Part shown: one piece after another, positions 19,601-31,146 of the stretch | How the letters are laid out: each line of letters starts with the position of its first letter | Position numbering within the stretch: the stretch's first letter is position 1 | Assembly (NCBI GenBank): GCA_964417635.1 | Contig: CAYQIY010000005.1 | Location: forward strand, 80,681 to 144,680 | Direction: 5' to 3' | DNA length: 64,000 nucleotides | Origin: an uncultured Pseudomonadota bacterium | Lineage (GTDB): Bacteria; Bacillota; Sulfobacillia; JAUYEF01 | Translations under genes and position numbers: made by a program | The notes under the pieces: generated by a model | Seen by the model: the letters and a program-made list of their open reading frames with translations, nothing else | The model's database searches: none | What the model was told of the DNA's origin: nothing

Positions 19601-20890
19601 TCAGTCTGCTTTCTTCTTCGGTTTCAGCCGCTCAAGGTGCTCGTCTTTTGCTCCCGAGAAATCCTTTAGCAGTTTTGCTGCTTGCTTTTGTGTTGTATCA
19701 GATACTTCGAGCTTGAACGGAAACTCATAAGCGTTAGCCCAGCGCGCAAGCAGAGGTAGCACCATGTGCGCCCAGCGCGCAAGCCTGTTTTCGTCAATCC
19801 ATTTGATAGAATCGTGTTTTGTGTGGATGTAGAATGCTGTGCCCGACGAGCGAAAGAACGTTATTGCAGGTATTCCTGCAAGCACAAAAGGAATGTTATC
19901 GCCTCCGTACGGTCTCTGACCTATGTCCCAGCCTGTGCCTTGCTCTTTGTCGTACTGCTCAATGTACGTGAGCACTTCGTCTGTTGCATTGACCGATACG
20001 GTATCGCGGCCTATTATGCCGCCTCCGACGTCTAAGTTGACTAACATCTTCACTCTCTTCAGCAAGTCTGGGTTGTTCTCCACGAAGTGTATGCTCCCCA
20101 AGAGCCCTTCTTCTTCACCGCCGAACGCAATGAACTTGATCGTTCTGGAAGCAGGGTGGTCAGCGAAATGCCTCATCAGTTCCCATGCCACGGCGGTACC
20201 CGCAAGGTCATCGTGCATACCACAAGACACGCGTACCGAATCGTAGTGAGCGCCCACCACAATGACTTCCTCAGGTCTCGAAGTGCCTTGGACCGTACAT
20301 ATGACGTTGTGCGATTGCGCTGTGTGCTGCCGCTCAACATGTACAAGCCTGGCCGTCAATCCGTTTTGGCGAACAAGTCTGAGGCCGTCTTTGAAACTCA
20401 CCATCACTCCCGGAATGCTGCCGTACTGCTCTATCCAGCGAACATCGATTGAGTCGTGCGGCAACCCCTTTTCAGGTTCTGCTATACACACGACAGCCTT
20501 TGCGCCTGCACGGTTTAGTTCTTCCCACACCCGTGTCTTGGGTGTGCCGTAGAGCAATGCGATACAGTCTTTGGCGTGCTGTACGTCTTTCGGCGCGCCA
20601 GCGTCGACAAACACTACAGGTGCTTCGACACCCGACTCAGGTGTGCTGCCGGACAGACTAAGCGGAGTGCACTCGATAACCTCATCTTCGGGAGACAGTA
20701 TCCTGAGACTATGCGCCTCAGGCACCGCCGCTTTCAACTCGTATGCGTCCAATACCGCATCGATTCCAAGCGCACGTGCTTCGCGAAGAAGCATTTCTGC
20801 CGCCTTCTTCTCGCCATCTGTACCTGCTACTCTCGGGAAGTCGAGACTTTTCATCAGTTCAAGCATTCTAGAGCCAGAGATATGCTGCAT
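19601..20890 (-). CDS. M28 family aminopeptidase with PA domain
   Basis: GAHYDS, HDDLAG, GEEEGLLGS, NLDV, YIHTKHD metal-binding motifs; PA insert. Confidence 0.88.
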   Translation of the reverse strand: MQHISGSRMLELMKSLDFPRVAGTDGEKKAAEMLLREARALGIDAVLDAYELKAAVPEAHSLRILSPEDEVIECTPLSLSGSTPESGVEAPVVFVDAGAPKDVQHAKDCIALLYGTPKTRVWEELNRAGAKAVVCIAEPEKGLPHDSIDVRWIEQYGSIPGVMVSFKDGLRLVRQNGLTARLVHVERQHTAQSHNVICTVQGTSRPEEVIVVGAHYDSVRVSCGMHDDLAGTAVAWELMRHFADHPASRTIKFIAFGGEEEGLLGSIHFVENNPDLLKRVKMLVNLDVGGGIIGRDTVSVNATDEVLTYIEQYDKEQGTGWDIGQRPYGGDNIPFVLAGIPAITFFRSSGTAFYIHTKHDSIKWIDENRLARWAHMVLPLLARWANAYEFPFKLEVSDTTQKQAAKLLKDFSGAKDEHLERLKPKKKAD

Positions 20891-21082
20891 CCGGTTTCCT
20901 CCTTAGACATCGAACATGTGCGGACCAAAGCGGTTGTAGAATTGTTTCTACATAGCTGCCGCTGAACCTTGTGTGCGAGATTGTAAGCCGGGCAGGCTGT
21001 TTCGGCAATAAGCCTACTTACAAACGGCGCAACTGATGCTATATTTCTAATCAGTGATCGTGTTTGACTGGAGGGTGATGTT

Positions 21083-22300
21083 ATGAGGCTGTTTCAGTCT
21101 CACCCGTTCCACGATATCTCGCTTGTTAGGGGACACGAATGCACCGTATGGGATGCTGACGGTAACGCATACACGGATATGCTATCTGGTGTGTGGTGTA
21201 GCATCCTGGGCCATTCGCACCCCAGGCTGGTGGCTTGTGTGGGCGAGCAGGTGAGCAAGATTGCTCATGTCGGGGTGGGCTTCGGCAGTCAAGAAGTCGA
21301 AGACGCTATGAGCGCGCTTTCGCAGATACTGCCCGCTGAGCTGAATCGGGTACTGTTCTTGAATACGGGCAGCGAAGCAGTTGAACTTGGGCTGAAGCTC
21401 GCTCGCGCGGCTACGGCAAGAGATGGTATCGTCGTCATGCAAAACGGGTACTATGGCGCGACCAACTACGCGCTATCTCTGTCTGAAGCAGGGCGCGGCG
21501 CACCGTATCTTACTGAACCAGACGGCATAATACGGCTGCCGTTTCCCGACTGCTCGTGCTGTGCCTATGGCAAGAGCACCCCCTGCGATGAATTCTGCTG
21601 TGTGCACAGTGTCGAAGAGCACATTCGCAAGACAAGAGCGCGCGTTGCTGCGGTGATGTACGAGCCGGCGCTAGGGGCGGGCATTCTGGTGCCACCGCCT
21701 GGATACGCGACCAGGCTCCGCAGGCTCGCTTCATCACTCGATGCGCTGCTCATAGCGGAAGAGGTAACCACGGGAATGGGTCGACTAGGATGCTGGTTTG
21801 GGTTCATGCAAGATGGTGTGGTGCCTGACATACTCGTGGTAGGCAAGGCAATTGGAGCGGGCCTGCCTGTGGCGGCCGTTATCACAACAGATCAAATAGA
21901 GACTCTGTGTAAGGCAGTGAACCTAAGACACGTGCAGTCCCACCAGAACGACCCGTATTCTGCTCGTATTGCGTCAACCGTGATTTCGGTGATAAGAGAA
22001 GAATGCTTGCTTACACGCGTTGACGAGATCGGGAGGAGACTGACCACTGGGTTGCGCCTTATAGCCGAGCGCGTTCCGCATGTACGAGAGGTGCGAGGCA
22101 AGGGCGCCATGATAGGCATTAAACTCCACGAGAGTACCCCGAATCTGGGTTCTAGAATATGGTCGAGGCTGCTTGAAGCAGGGTTTATCACTGACTTGCA
22201 CGCGGCTACGGGTACCATACGATTGTTCCCGCCTTATGTGCTTAGCGAGGCTGAGATAGACAGGTTCTTGGATGCGTTTTCGGCTGCGCTGCGAGCGTGA
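21083..22300 (+). CDS. Class III PLP-dependent aminotransferase
   Basis: WDADGNAYTD, LGHSHP, NTGSEAVE, EEVTTGMGRLG, PLP lysine in VGKAIGAG, VRGKGAMIG. Confidence 0.9.
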   Translation: MRLFQSHPFHDISLVRGHECTVWDADGNAYTDMLSGVWCSILGHSHPRLVACVGEQVSKIAHVGVGFGSQEVEDAMSALSQILPAELNRVLFLNTGSEAVELGLKLARAATARDGIVVMQNGYYGATNYALSLSEAGRGAPYLTEPDGIIRLPFPDCSCCAYGKSTPCDEFCCVHSVEEHIRKTRARVAAVMYEPALGAGILVPPPGYATRLRRLASSLDALLIAEEVTTGMGRLGCWFGFMQDGVVPDILVVGKAIGAGLPVAAVITTDQIETLCKAVNLRHVQSHQNDPYSARIASTVISVIREECLLTRVDEIGRRLTTGLRLIAERVPHVREVRGKGAMIGIKLHESTPNLGSRIWSRLLEAGFITDLHAATGTIRLFPPYVLSEAEIDRFLDAFSAALRA

Positions 22301-22425
22301 GAGCAAAGCCATGCCTGTCAAGATTGCGCTCATGCCGTCAGTAATGCTACTCTTGTGAAGGCAGGTGCCCCAGCACCCGGGGGGTTGACGCAGCAACATA
22401 CGCACTCGGGAGGAACCCTCATTAC

Positions 22426-23415
22426 ATGACGGCCGGTAGGCTTTTTCTGTCGCTTGGACTCATAGCAGTAGGCCTTGTACTGGGTCAGGCAATTAAGCAT
22501 CTAACCGAACGCGGCCCAATTGCGGATACTGAGCGAGTAAGCGCTCGTATCAGGCTACTGCAGCGGTTCATCATGCTTGGCGTAAACCCGCTCATAAGCA
22601 TGTGGGCGTTCTGGGTAGTAGAGATAGGTGACCCGAGGCTGCTTGCGCTGCCGGTCTTGGGCATTCTCGCAATAGTACTCGGTGGCGCGCTCGCGCTTGT
22701 CTATGCCAGACAGTTCAAGATGAGCAAGAAGCAGGCGGGCGCCATATTCACTTCCGGTTCGTTTACCAACATGGGCACTATGGGTGGCCTCATAAGCTAT
22801 GTGTTCTTTGGCGAGGTCGGCTACGCGATTGCCGCAATGTACAGGTTGTTCGAAGATGTCGTGTACTTCACCGTCGGATACCCGATCGCCCGATTGTACG
22901 GTACTACTGCCGATGACAGGCGCACGCGTTCACCCATCAGTCGAGTGCTCGGCGACCCATTCATACGCGCATATGTGCTGAGCCTTGGCGTAGGATTGGC
23001 GCTCAACTTTTTGGGAATAGACAGACCGGAGCTGTTTACAGCGCTCAACTCCGTGCTGATTCCGCTTGCGTCGGTAGTACTCGTGACCACCGTGGCATTC
23101 AGTATGCGATTCGGAGCCGTCGTCGGATACTTGAGGGAATGCCTTGCTGTTGGCTCCATAAAATTCGTGTTGGTACCTGTTGTCGTGACCACCGCCGCGT
23201 ATCTCTTGGGATTGGGTAGGTTTTACGACGCGCTGCCTCTTAAGGTAGTGATTGTCATGTCTTCAATGCCTCCTGCGTTTAACTCGCTTATTCCTCCTCA
23301 GATATACAACCTAGACATCGACTTAGCCAATTCGTGTTGGTTGTTTAACATGGGTGCGCTTACAGTGGTGCTTCCCTGGTTGTACTTCGCTCAGTCAGTC
23401 GTGCCTGTGCCATAA
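22426..23415 (+). CDS. AEC (auxin efflux carrier-like) family permease
   Basis: About 10 TM segments; FTNMG and MPPAFNS crossover motifs; RBS GGGAGG. Confidence 0.7.
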   Translation: MTAGRLFLSLGLIAVGLVLGQAIKHLTERGPIADTERVSARIRLLQRFIMLGVNPLISMWAFWVVEIGDPRLLALPVLGILAIVLGGALALVYARQFKMSKKQAGAIFTSGSFTNMGTMGGLISYVFFGEVGYAIAAMYRLFEDVVYFTVGYPIARLYGTTADDRRTRSPISRVLGDPFIRAYVLSLGVGLALNFLGIDRPELFTALNSVLIPLASVVLVTTVAFSMRFGAVVGYLRECLAVGSIKFVLVPVVVTTAAYLLGLGRFYDALPLKVVIVMSSMPPAFNSLIPPQIYNLDIDLANSCWLFNMGALTVVLPWLYFAQSVVPVP

Positions 23416-23426
23416 CCCTTGTGACG

Positions 23427-23453
23427 GCAGGTAAAAAGTTACTCCCGAAGAAT
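23427..23453 (+). promoter_or_regulatory. Sigma-H-like promoter
   Basis: GCAGGT-N17-GAAT about 50 nt upstream of ATG 23504. Confidence 0.5.
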
Positions 23454-23503
23454 TGCTGAATTAGGCGACAGCCGACGCTTGTCGCAAAAAGGAGGCGCTT
23501 AAC

Positions 23504-23860
23504 ATGCTCATGTTCTACTGTTTTCCAACCTGAACAACCTGCAGACAGGCGAAAGCGTGGCTTTCGGAAAAGCGTGTTGAATTCGAGTACAAAGACATAC
23601 TCAAGACACCTCCCACGCCGGACAATCTGAAGCAAATTGCTGAGCTCGCCGGTACCAACATAGCGGGTCTCGTCAACCCCAGAAGCACCGCGTTCAAGAA
23701 ACTGAAGTTAGAAGCTGCGAAACTCTCTGATGAAGACGCCGCAAAACTGATCAACGATAACCCGCGCATCATGTATCGCCCGCTGCTTGTGTCACCGCAA
23801 CAGGTAGTGGTCGGGTTTGACCGGGAAAAGATGCAGCAGATGCTCACCAAAACTGACTAG
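23504..23860 (+). CDS. ArsC/Spx/MgsR-family thioredoxin-fold protein, predicted selenoprotein (UxxC); absent from the ORF track
   Basis: RBS AAGGAGG; translates as MLMFYCFPT-[TGA 23531]-TTCRQAKAWLSEKRVEFEYKDILKTPP...LVNPRS.AFKKL...NPRIMYRPLL...VVGFD; TGA occupies the first Cys of the family CxxC motif; 118 aa with readthrough. Confidence 0.85.
23550..23566 (+). promoter_or_regulatory. Putative bacterial SECIS hairpin
   Basis: CGAAAGC-GTG-GCTTTCG perfect stem starting 16 nt after the in-frame TGA; G-containing apical loop 23 nt from the UGA. Confidence 0.6.
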
Positions 23861-23881
23861 ACCAAGTGCGTTGCGAACACA

Positions 23882-23906
23882 TTCGCCCGGCCCCAGGCCG
23901 GGCGAA
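23882..23906 (+). terminator. GC-rich hairpin after the ArsC-family gene
   Basis: TTCGCCCGGCC-CCA-GGCCGGGCGAA, 11-bp stem; no clear U tail. Confidence 0.5.
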
Positions 23907-23968
23907 GCATTGACCTAGAAACAAGTCGGTGGCACAATTACGGGTATAGAAATATTAGTCGAACTAAG

Positions 23969-25333
23969 GTGATGTATTTGGCCCGAGCGCTGTTTCGGCT
24001 TGAGTCAAGCGGCACCAGGAAAAGGGTGCTTGACCTTGCCGGCCCGTCTCTTGTTGAAATGTTCCTCATTAGCGCTGTACACATGATCGATATGATGATG
24101 GTTGGAAGGGTCGGGCCCGCAGCCATTGCAGCGGTGGGGCTAAGCAGCCAACCGATAATGTTCTTTCAGGCAACGTCGCTTGCTCTGAACGTGGGCACGA
24201 CAGCGCTGGTTGCAAGACTGATGGGTGCCGGAGATGTGGATACCGCATCGGAGGCTGCAAGGCAGACTCTTGTGGTATCTTTCGTGCTCGGGATCATCAT
24301 GGGCGCCACGGCGATACTGTGTGCAAGGCCCATACTTCTGTTCATGGGTGCAGAACCCGAAGTGCTCGTCCAGGGTGTAACGTATTTCAGACTTGTCGGG
24401 GCAGGCATCTTGTTCAACTCGATGGCGATGAACATGACCGCATCGCTAAGGGGAGCTGGCGACACCAGGAGCCCTATGAGCGTCAATATGATCGCCAATC
24501 TGTTCACCCTGTGCGGAAACTACGTGCTTATAAACGGTTATCTCGGGTTCCCGAGGCTTGAAGTCGTGGGCGCAGGTGTAGCCAATCTGAGTTCGCGCTT
24601 TCTGGCATTCGCACTCTTCTTCTACATACTTGCTTCAGGTTCACGGCGCATAAAACCCAGGCTTTCGTCTGGGTTCCGGTTCGACTGGCCGCTTCTTGTA
24701 CGCGCGTTCAGAGTTGGGATTCCAGCCGCTTGTGAGCAACTCATTCTTCGCTCCGGACAGGTGACTTTCGCACGCGTCGTGGCGTCTTTGGGCACGGCGA
24801 CGTTTGCCTCCCACCAGATAGCCATGAACGTGCTGTCAATGAGCTTCATGCCCGGCCAGGCGTTTGCGGTCGCAGCGACCACGCTGGTGGGCCAGGGCCT
24901 CGGCGCCGACAGGCCGGACGAATCCGAAAAGAGTGCGCTTGAAGCACGCCGGACCGGAGTGATAGTGGCGTGTACAATGGCGGGAGTGTTTTTCTTCTTC
25001 GGTCGACACATAGCGCAGCTGTATACAACAGACGCTGAAGTAATAGCGCGAACCGCCATGGTGCTTAGGCTGTACGCGTTCGCTCAGCCTGCTCAATCTA
25101 CGCAGTTCATCCTGGCCGGTGCGCTGAGGGGTGCGGGTGATTCACGCTGGCCGTTGTACTCATCTGCGGTGGGTATATGGTTTGGACGTGTACTGATGGC
25201 CTGGGCGCTGATAAACTTCGCAGGGCTTGGACTCGCGGGCGCATGGCTCGCAATGGCGCTTGACCAGGTCGGTCGCTCGCTTATAACCAGCCTGAGGTTT
25301 AGGTCCGGGCGCTGGAAGAGCCAGGAGGTATGA
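23969..25333 (+). CDS. MATE family efflux transporter
   Basis: DMMMVGRVGPAAIAAVG; two LRGAGD motifs; about 12 TM segments. Confidence 0.92.
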   Translation: MMYLARALFRLESSGTRKRVLDLAGPSLVEMFLISAVHMIDMMMVGRVGPAAIAAVGLSSQPIMFFQATSLALNVGTTALVARLMGAGDVDTASEAARQTLVVSFVLGIIMGATAILCARPILLFMGAEPEVLVQGVTYFRLVGAGILFNSMAMNMTASLRGAGDTRSPMSVNMIANLFTLCGNYVLINGYLGFPRLEVVGAGVANLSSRFLAFALFFYILASGSRRIKPRLSSGFRFDWPLLVRAFRVGIPAACEQLILRSGQVTFARVVASLGTATFASHQIAMNVLSMSFMPGQAFAVAATTLVGQGLGADRPDESEKSALEARRTGVIVACTMAGVFFFFGRHIAQLYTTDAEVIARTAMVLRLYAFAQPAQSTQFILAGALRGAGDSRWPLYSSAVGIWFGRVLMAWALINFAGLGLAGAWLAMALDQVGRSLITSLRFRSGRWKSQEV

Positions 25334-25429
25334 GATGTTCTCGGGCAGGTGTTCGGGTCAAGAGCACGAAACTCTGACAAGAACCGCGTTTGAATCTGTG
25401 CATCACGCGATGCGAGGAAGTGATGAATT

Positions 25430-27520
25430 GTGAACACTGCAGAGAAGCGCAAGATTTACGTGCCTGGTATCACCGATGTCATATCTTTGAGCATACCGCT
25501 CCAAGTAAGAGTTTCTCCAGACGGCACTAAGGTGGCTTACACGTGCCGTTCCACCGATTGGAGCAAGAACGTTTACGAGGCAACGTGCTTTGTGTACGAC
25601 AGAAAGAGTGGCGCTCGTACCAGGCTTACCAGAAACGGCAGCGCAGAGCAGCTGCGTTGGGTGGACTCCGAGCGCATCGCCGTGCTCAAGACGGAAGCCG
25701 GTTCTGGCGAAAAACAAGTATGGCTTTTCGAACACACATGCGGTGAACCTGTTCAGGTGACGAGACACAAAGGCGGTGTGCACTCTTTTGAGCCGTTCGC
25801 GGGCGGCATAGTGTATCTGGCAGACTGCCCCAAGCGGCGGGAGAGGAAAGAGCGCAGCGACAAGTTTGGGAATGTCGTGCATTTTGAAAACGAGCCAAGC
25901 GCCTCGGCACTCTACTACACTTCGTTCGATTTGCTCGAACGATACTTCCAAGAGCAGAAGAGTGTAGAGCGCTCCGAAGAGGTTTTGGAGCCGGTTATTG
26001 AGCTGTCTACGCTGCTTTCGTCACCCGAGAAAATAGTGGATTTCTGCGTATCGCCGAACCAGCGCGACATATATGTGAACTGCCAGATTCGTGACGACCT
26101 TGTGTACATGGCTGAGACGAGCGTCTACCGGATAAGGCTCGACGCACGCCAGGCTGTGCTTGACCACATCGCCGCTGATGCGCAGCAACGCAACGACAAG
26201 CGCTCGTTCAAGGCAGACATCCGGAAGATGTTGCTTCCCAAAGGAGCAGCGTGCCAGGCCATTTCGCCAAACGGTTCAAGGATAGCTGTCCGGTATAAGC
26301 AAAGAGATCAGAGACTGTACACGCAGCACGATCTGTTCATCCTTGATATGGCGCAGGTCATGGACAAACTTGATAGCGAACCGCTTGAACCTTACCTACA
26401 GAAGGTTACGGGTAAGCTTGACCGTGCCGTGCTAAACGTGTGTTGGACTAGAGCAGGATTGTATGTGGGTTTTGCCAACGGCACAGCCATAGATATCGCG
26501 CGGCTCACAGGAGACGGCGATGTGCAGATGCTTGACTTCGGCAAGATAAAGCCCTGGAACGCCTCGTTTTGTGTGTCGGACGATGCTGATGTTGGCTTTG
26601 TGGGCGCTTCACCTAGTGTGTATCCTGAAGTGTTCATCTCTTCTCAAGCGCCGGGTTCGCTTGACCAAGTAACTTCGCTCGGCAAGTCAGTGGAAGGATG
26701 GGACTTCGGCAGCGTCGAGACAATCCGCTGGAAAAGTAGAGACGGCGCTGAGATCGAAGGTGTGCTGCGAAAACCGAGCGGTTTCGACCCCAAGAAGAAG
26801 TATCCTCTCGTGTTCGTAGTACACGGGGGACCGACTGGTTGCTCGTTTGAGTATCTTTTCGAGCGTGTGGATATCGAGTACTACCCAGGCGTGCAGTTTG
26901 CGGCGCAAGATGTGCTAGTGCTAAAGCCCAACTACAGAGGATCTTCCGGCTACGGACAAGAGTTTATGGAACTGAACCGGGATAATCTCGGGGTTGGAGA
27001 CTTGTGGGACATTGAAAGCGCCATAGATTACCTTGATTCGCAGGGATATGTCGACCTGGCAAAAGTAGGCTGCATGGGATGGAGCCAAGGCGGTTACATC
27101 TCGGCGTTTGTGGGTACTCACTCCGATAGGTTTAAGGCAGTGTCTGTCGGAGCAGGTATATCCAGCTGGTACACTTACCACATATCCAACGACATCCCGC
27201 AGTTTACAACCGATTATCTGTCGGGCGCGCCGTTCGAAAACGCCGATACCTATCAGAAGACTTCGCCGATGAGCGCAATACAGCGAGCAAAGACTCCCAC
27301 TCTCATCCAGCATGGCTCGAAAGACCAGAGGGTTCCGGTGTCTTGCGCAACTGAGCTCTACAGAGCGCTCAAGCACAAGAACGTGCCTGTGGAACTGTTC
27401 TTGTACCCCGATATGGCACACCCGATAACAAAGCCGCGCGAGAACAGGGCGGTGATGCAGCAGAATCTCACGTGGTTCTGTCACTGGTTGTTGGACAAAG
27501 AACTAGACTTCGAGATTTAG
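25430..27520 (+). CDS. S9 family serine peptidase (acylaminoacyl/dipeptidyl aminopeptidase-like)
   Basis: N-terminal propeller (SPDG); HGGP; NYRGSSGYG; nucleophile GWSQGG; HGSKDQRVP; catalytic His in MAHP. Confidence 0.92.
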   Translation: MNTAEKRKIYVPGITDVISLSIPLQVRVSPDGTKVAYTCRSTDWSKNVYEATCFVYDRKSGARTRLTRNGSAEQLRWVDSERIAVLKTEAGSGEKQVWLFEHTCGEPVQVTRHKGGVHSFEPFAGGIVYLADCPKRRERKERSDKFGNVVHFENEPSASALYYTSFDLLERYFQEQKSVERSEEVLEPVIELSTLLSSPEKIVDFCVSPNQRDIYVNCQIRDDLVYMAETSVYRIRLDARQAVLDHIAADAQQRNDKRSFKADIRKMLLPKGAACQAISPNGSRIAVRYKQRDQRLYTQHDLFILDMAQVMDKLDSEPLEPYLQKVTGKLDRAVLNVCWTRAGLYVGFANGTAIDIARLTGDGDVQMLDFGKIKPWNASFCVSDDADVGFVGASPSVYPEVFISSQAPGSLDQVTSLGKSVEGWDFGSVETIRWKSRDGAEIEGVLRKPSGFDPKKKYPLVFVVHGGPTGCSFEYLFERVDIEYYPGVQFAAQDVLVLKPNYRGSSGYGQEFMELNRDNLGVGDLWDIESAIDYLDSQGYVDLAKVGCMGWSQGGYISAFVGTHSDRFKAVSVGAGISSWYTYHISNDIPQFTTDYLSGAPFENADTYQKTSPMSAIQRAKTPTLIQHGSKDQRVPVSCATELYRALKHKNVPVELFLYPDMAHPITKPRENRAVMQQNLTWFCHWLLDKELDFEI

Positions 27521-27672
27521 TCTGTGTCTATCTGAGCGCGGTCAGAGGCTCTTATGCTTCTGCCGCGCTTTTCATCTGGTCCCCAGTCTCCAAAGATGTG
27601 CTGTGTGCTGCTGTGTTAGGCAGGAAACGCGCCGCATTTGGCCAAGAACTCTAAGCAGAGGGGGAATACCCG

Positions 27673-28656
27673 TTGAGCAGGCGGCGTGTTGCTGTGTATG
27701 CGTTGTTCTTGGTCATGGTGTTCTTCGGCGGCATGCTTACGTACAAACTTAGCGAGGGGCTTGACTGGCTGGATGCCGCTTATTTTACCGTGGTTACGCT
27801 CACTACTGTCGGCTACGGTGACATCGCGCCGGTTACCCCTGCGGGCAAAGCCGCCACTTTGGTGCTTGCTCCGGCAGGGCTCGTTGCCGTATTCGGACTC
27901 GGCCTGTCACTTGTGTCAGAGCAGATAGAAAACTTGATAGATAAGGGGCGCGGCAGGATGAAGAGGCTGCTTGCTGAGATGAAAGACCACCTGATAGTCT
28001 GTGGCTGCGGCACTTTGGGGAGCCAGGTGGTTCGCGAACTGTGCAGACTGAAGCAGAAAGTCGTGGTCATAGACCGCGAGCCCGACCGTCTGGAAGCGCT
28101 CGACTGTGATGTGCTGTGCGTAACAGGTAACGCGCTTGACACGTCGGTGCTGCGCCAGGCCGGTATAGAACGCGCTCGCTCGGTGCTGACCACTTTCAGA
28201 AACGACGCGGATAACATGTACTTGGTGCTGGAGGCGCTTAGCGTGGCACCCCAAGTCGAGGTGCTGTCTGTGGCTTCAGGCCGTGAAGCGGCGCGCAGAC
28301 TTTACATGGCCGGGGCAAAGCGCGTGATCTCACCTAACATGGTTGGCGCAGAGCTGCTTGCTAAGAGCGCCATTAACCCTGCGGTTATGCAACTCGTACA
28401 CGATTTTACCGACCGCGCACGGATCGAAGAAGAGCTTATACAAGTGCCTATCGCTGAAGGTTCTCTGCTTGCTGGAAAAGCGCTCCGAGACCTGCCTTCT
28501 TTGGGCATTCAGGTCAAGATCGCGCTTATAAGGGACGATGATAGGTTGTATGTGGCACCATCAGGAGATACGGTGATAAGGGCGGGCTCTGTCGTGGTGA
28601 TGGCAGGTACTGGCGAAGAGGTAGCCCGGGCCGAGAGGCTTGCCACTCCAGGTTAG
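27673..28656 (+). CDS. Potassium channel with RCK (TrkA-N and TrkA-C) domains, MthK-like
   Basis: Selectivity filter TLTTVGYGD; Rossmann motif HLIVCGCGTLG; C-terminal TrkA-C domain. Confidence 0.92.
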   Translation: MSRRRVAVYALFLVMVFFGGMLTYKLSEGLDWLDAAYFTVVTLTTVGYGDIAPVTPAGKAATLVLAPAGLVAVFGLGLSLVSEQIENLIDKGRGRMKRLLAEMKDHLIVCGCGTLGSQVVRELCRLKQKVVVIDREPDRLEALDCDVLCVTGNALDTSVLRQAGIERARSVLTTFRNDADNMYLVLEALSVAPQVEVLSVASGREAARRLYMAGAKRVISPNMVGAELLAKSAINPAVMQLVHDFTDRARIEEELIQVPIAEGSLLAGKALRDLPSLGIQVKIALIRDDDRLYVAPSGDTVIRAGSVVVMAGTGEEVARAERLATPG

Positions 28657-28685
28657 GTCTTGGTAAGAGGTCGAACGATATCTGA

Positions 28686-30501
<1,816 letters not shown>

Positions 30502-30525
30502 CGAGCGCGTTGCGAGAGGAGAGAC

Positions 30526-30873
30526 ATGCAGAAAGACTCATCTCCCGAAAAGAAGAACGTAGAGCGCCCGAAAGATGAGCCGTGGCAGAAGTTCGGAAGC
30601 CAAGTCAGACAAAAAGAACTCCGCAAGGCGCGCGCAAGACGAGAGGGCGACCGTTCAATCTGGCTGGGCATGGGCATGTTTGGGCTGGTGGGCTGGTCTA
30701 TCAGTGTTCCCACGCTGCTTGGCCTGATGATCGGCAGATGGCTTGATGCGCGCTACGCAAGCGATATCTCCTGGACGCTTGCGCTTATGCTTGCAGGGCT
30801 TACACTTGGAGCGCTGAACGTCTGGCACTGGATAGGACAGAACTCGTCAGATGACGCTGAGGACGAGAACTGA
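30526..30873 (+). CDS. atpQ: N-ATPase AtpQ (AtpZ/AtpI-like)
   Basis: GMGMFGLVGWSISVPTLLG...GRWLD...W motif; 2 TM segments; operon position. Confidence 0.85.
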   Translation: MQKDSSPEKKNVERPKDEPWQKFGSQVRQKELRKARARREGDRSIWLGMGMFGLVGWSISVPTLLGLMIGRWLDARYASDISWTLALMLAGLTLGALNVWHWIGQNSSDDAEDEN

Positions 30874-31130
30874 TGAATCTTGCACTGGCGCTTGTAGCTG
30901 GCTTCTTACTCGGTATGGCGCACTTCGGTGGGCTGTGGCTTACGGTTTGCCGTGCTGTGCGCAGTTCGAGACCTGTTTTGCTTGTAATGTTATCGTTCTT
31001 TGTGAGGATTGCGCTTCTCGCCGCGTTAGTTGCGCTGGTAGGCAAAGGAAGCATGTGGTATACGTGCGCTGCTCTTGCCGGGGTTTGCCTCGCAAGGTTG
31101 TTTTGCATAAGACGCGTAGGGTTGGACTAG
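30873..31130 (+). CDS. atpR: N-ATPase-specific subunit AtpR
   Basis: FGGLWLTV, SFFVR and AR motifs, 3 TM segments; lies between atpQ and atpB. Confidence 0.82.
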   Translation: MNLALALVAGFLLGMAHFGGLWLTVCRAVRSSRPVLLVMLSFFVRIALLAALVALVGKGSMWYTCAALAGVCLARLFCIRRVGLD

Positions 31131-31146
31131 TGGAGGTGTGCAGTAT

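Noticed and set aside
23360-23850. Minus-strand ORFs 23360-23635 and 23515-23850
   Set aside because: Shadows of the plus-strand UGA-containing ArsC-family gene.
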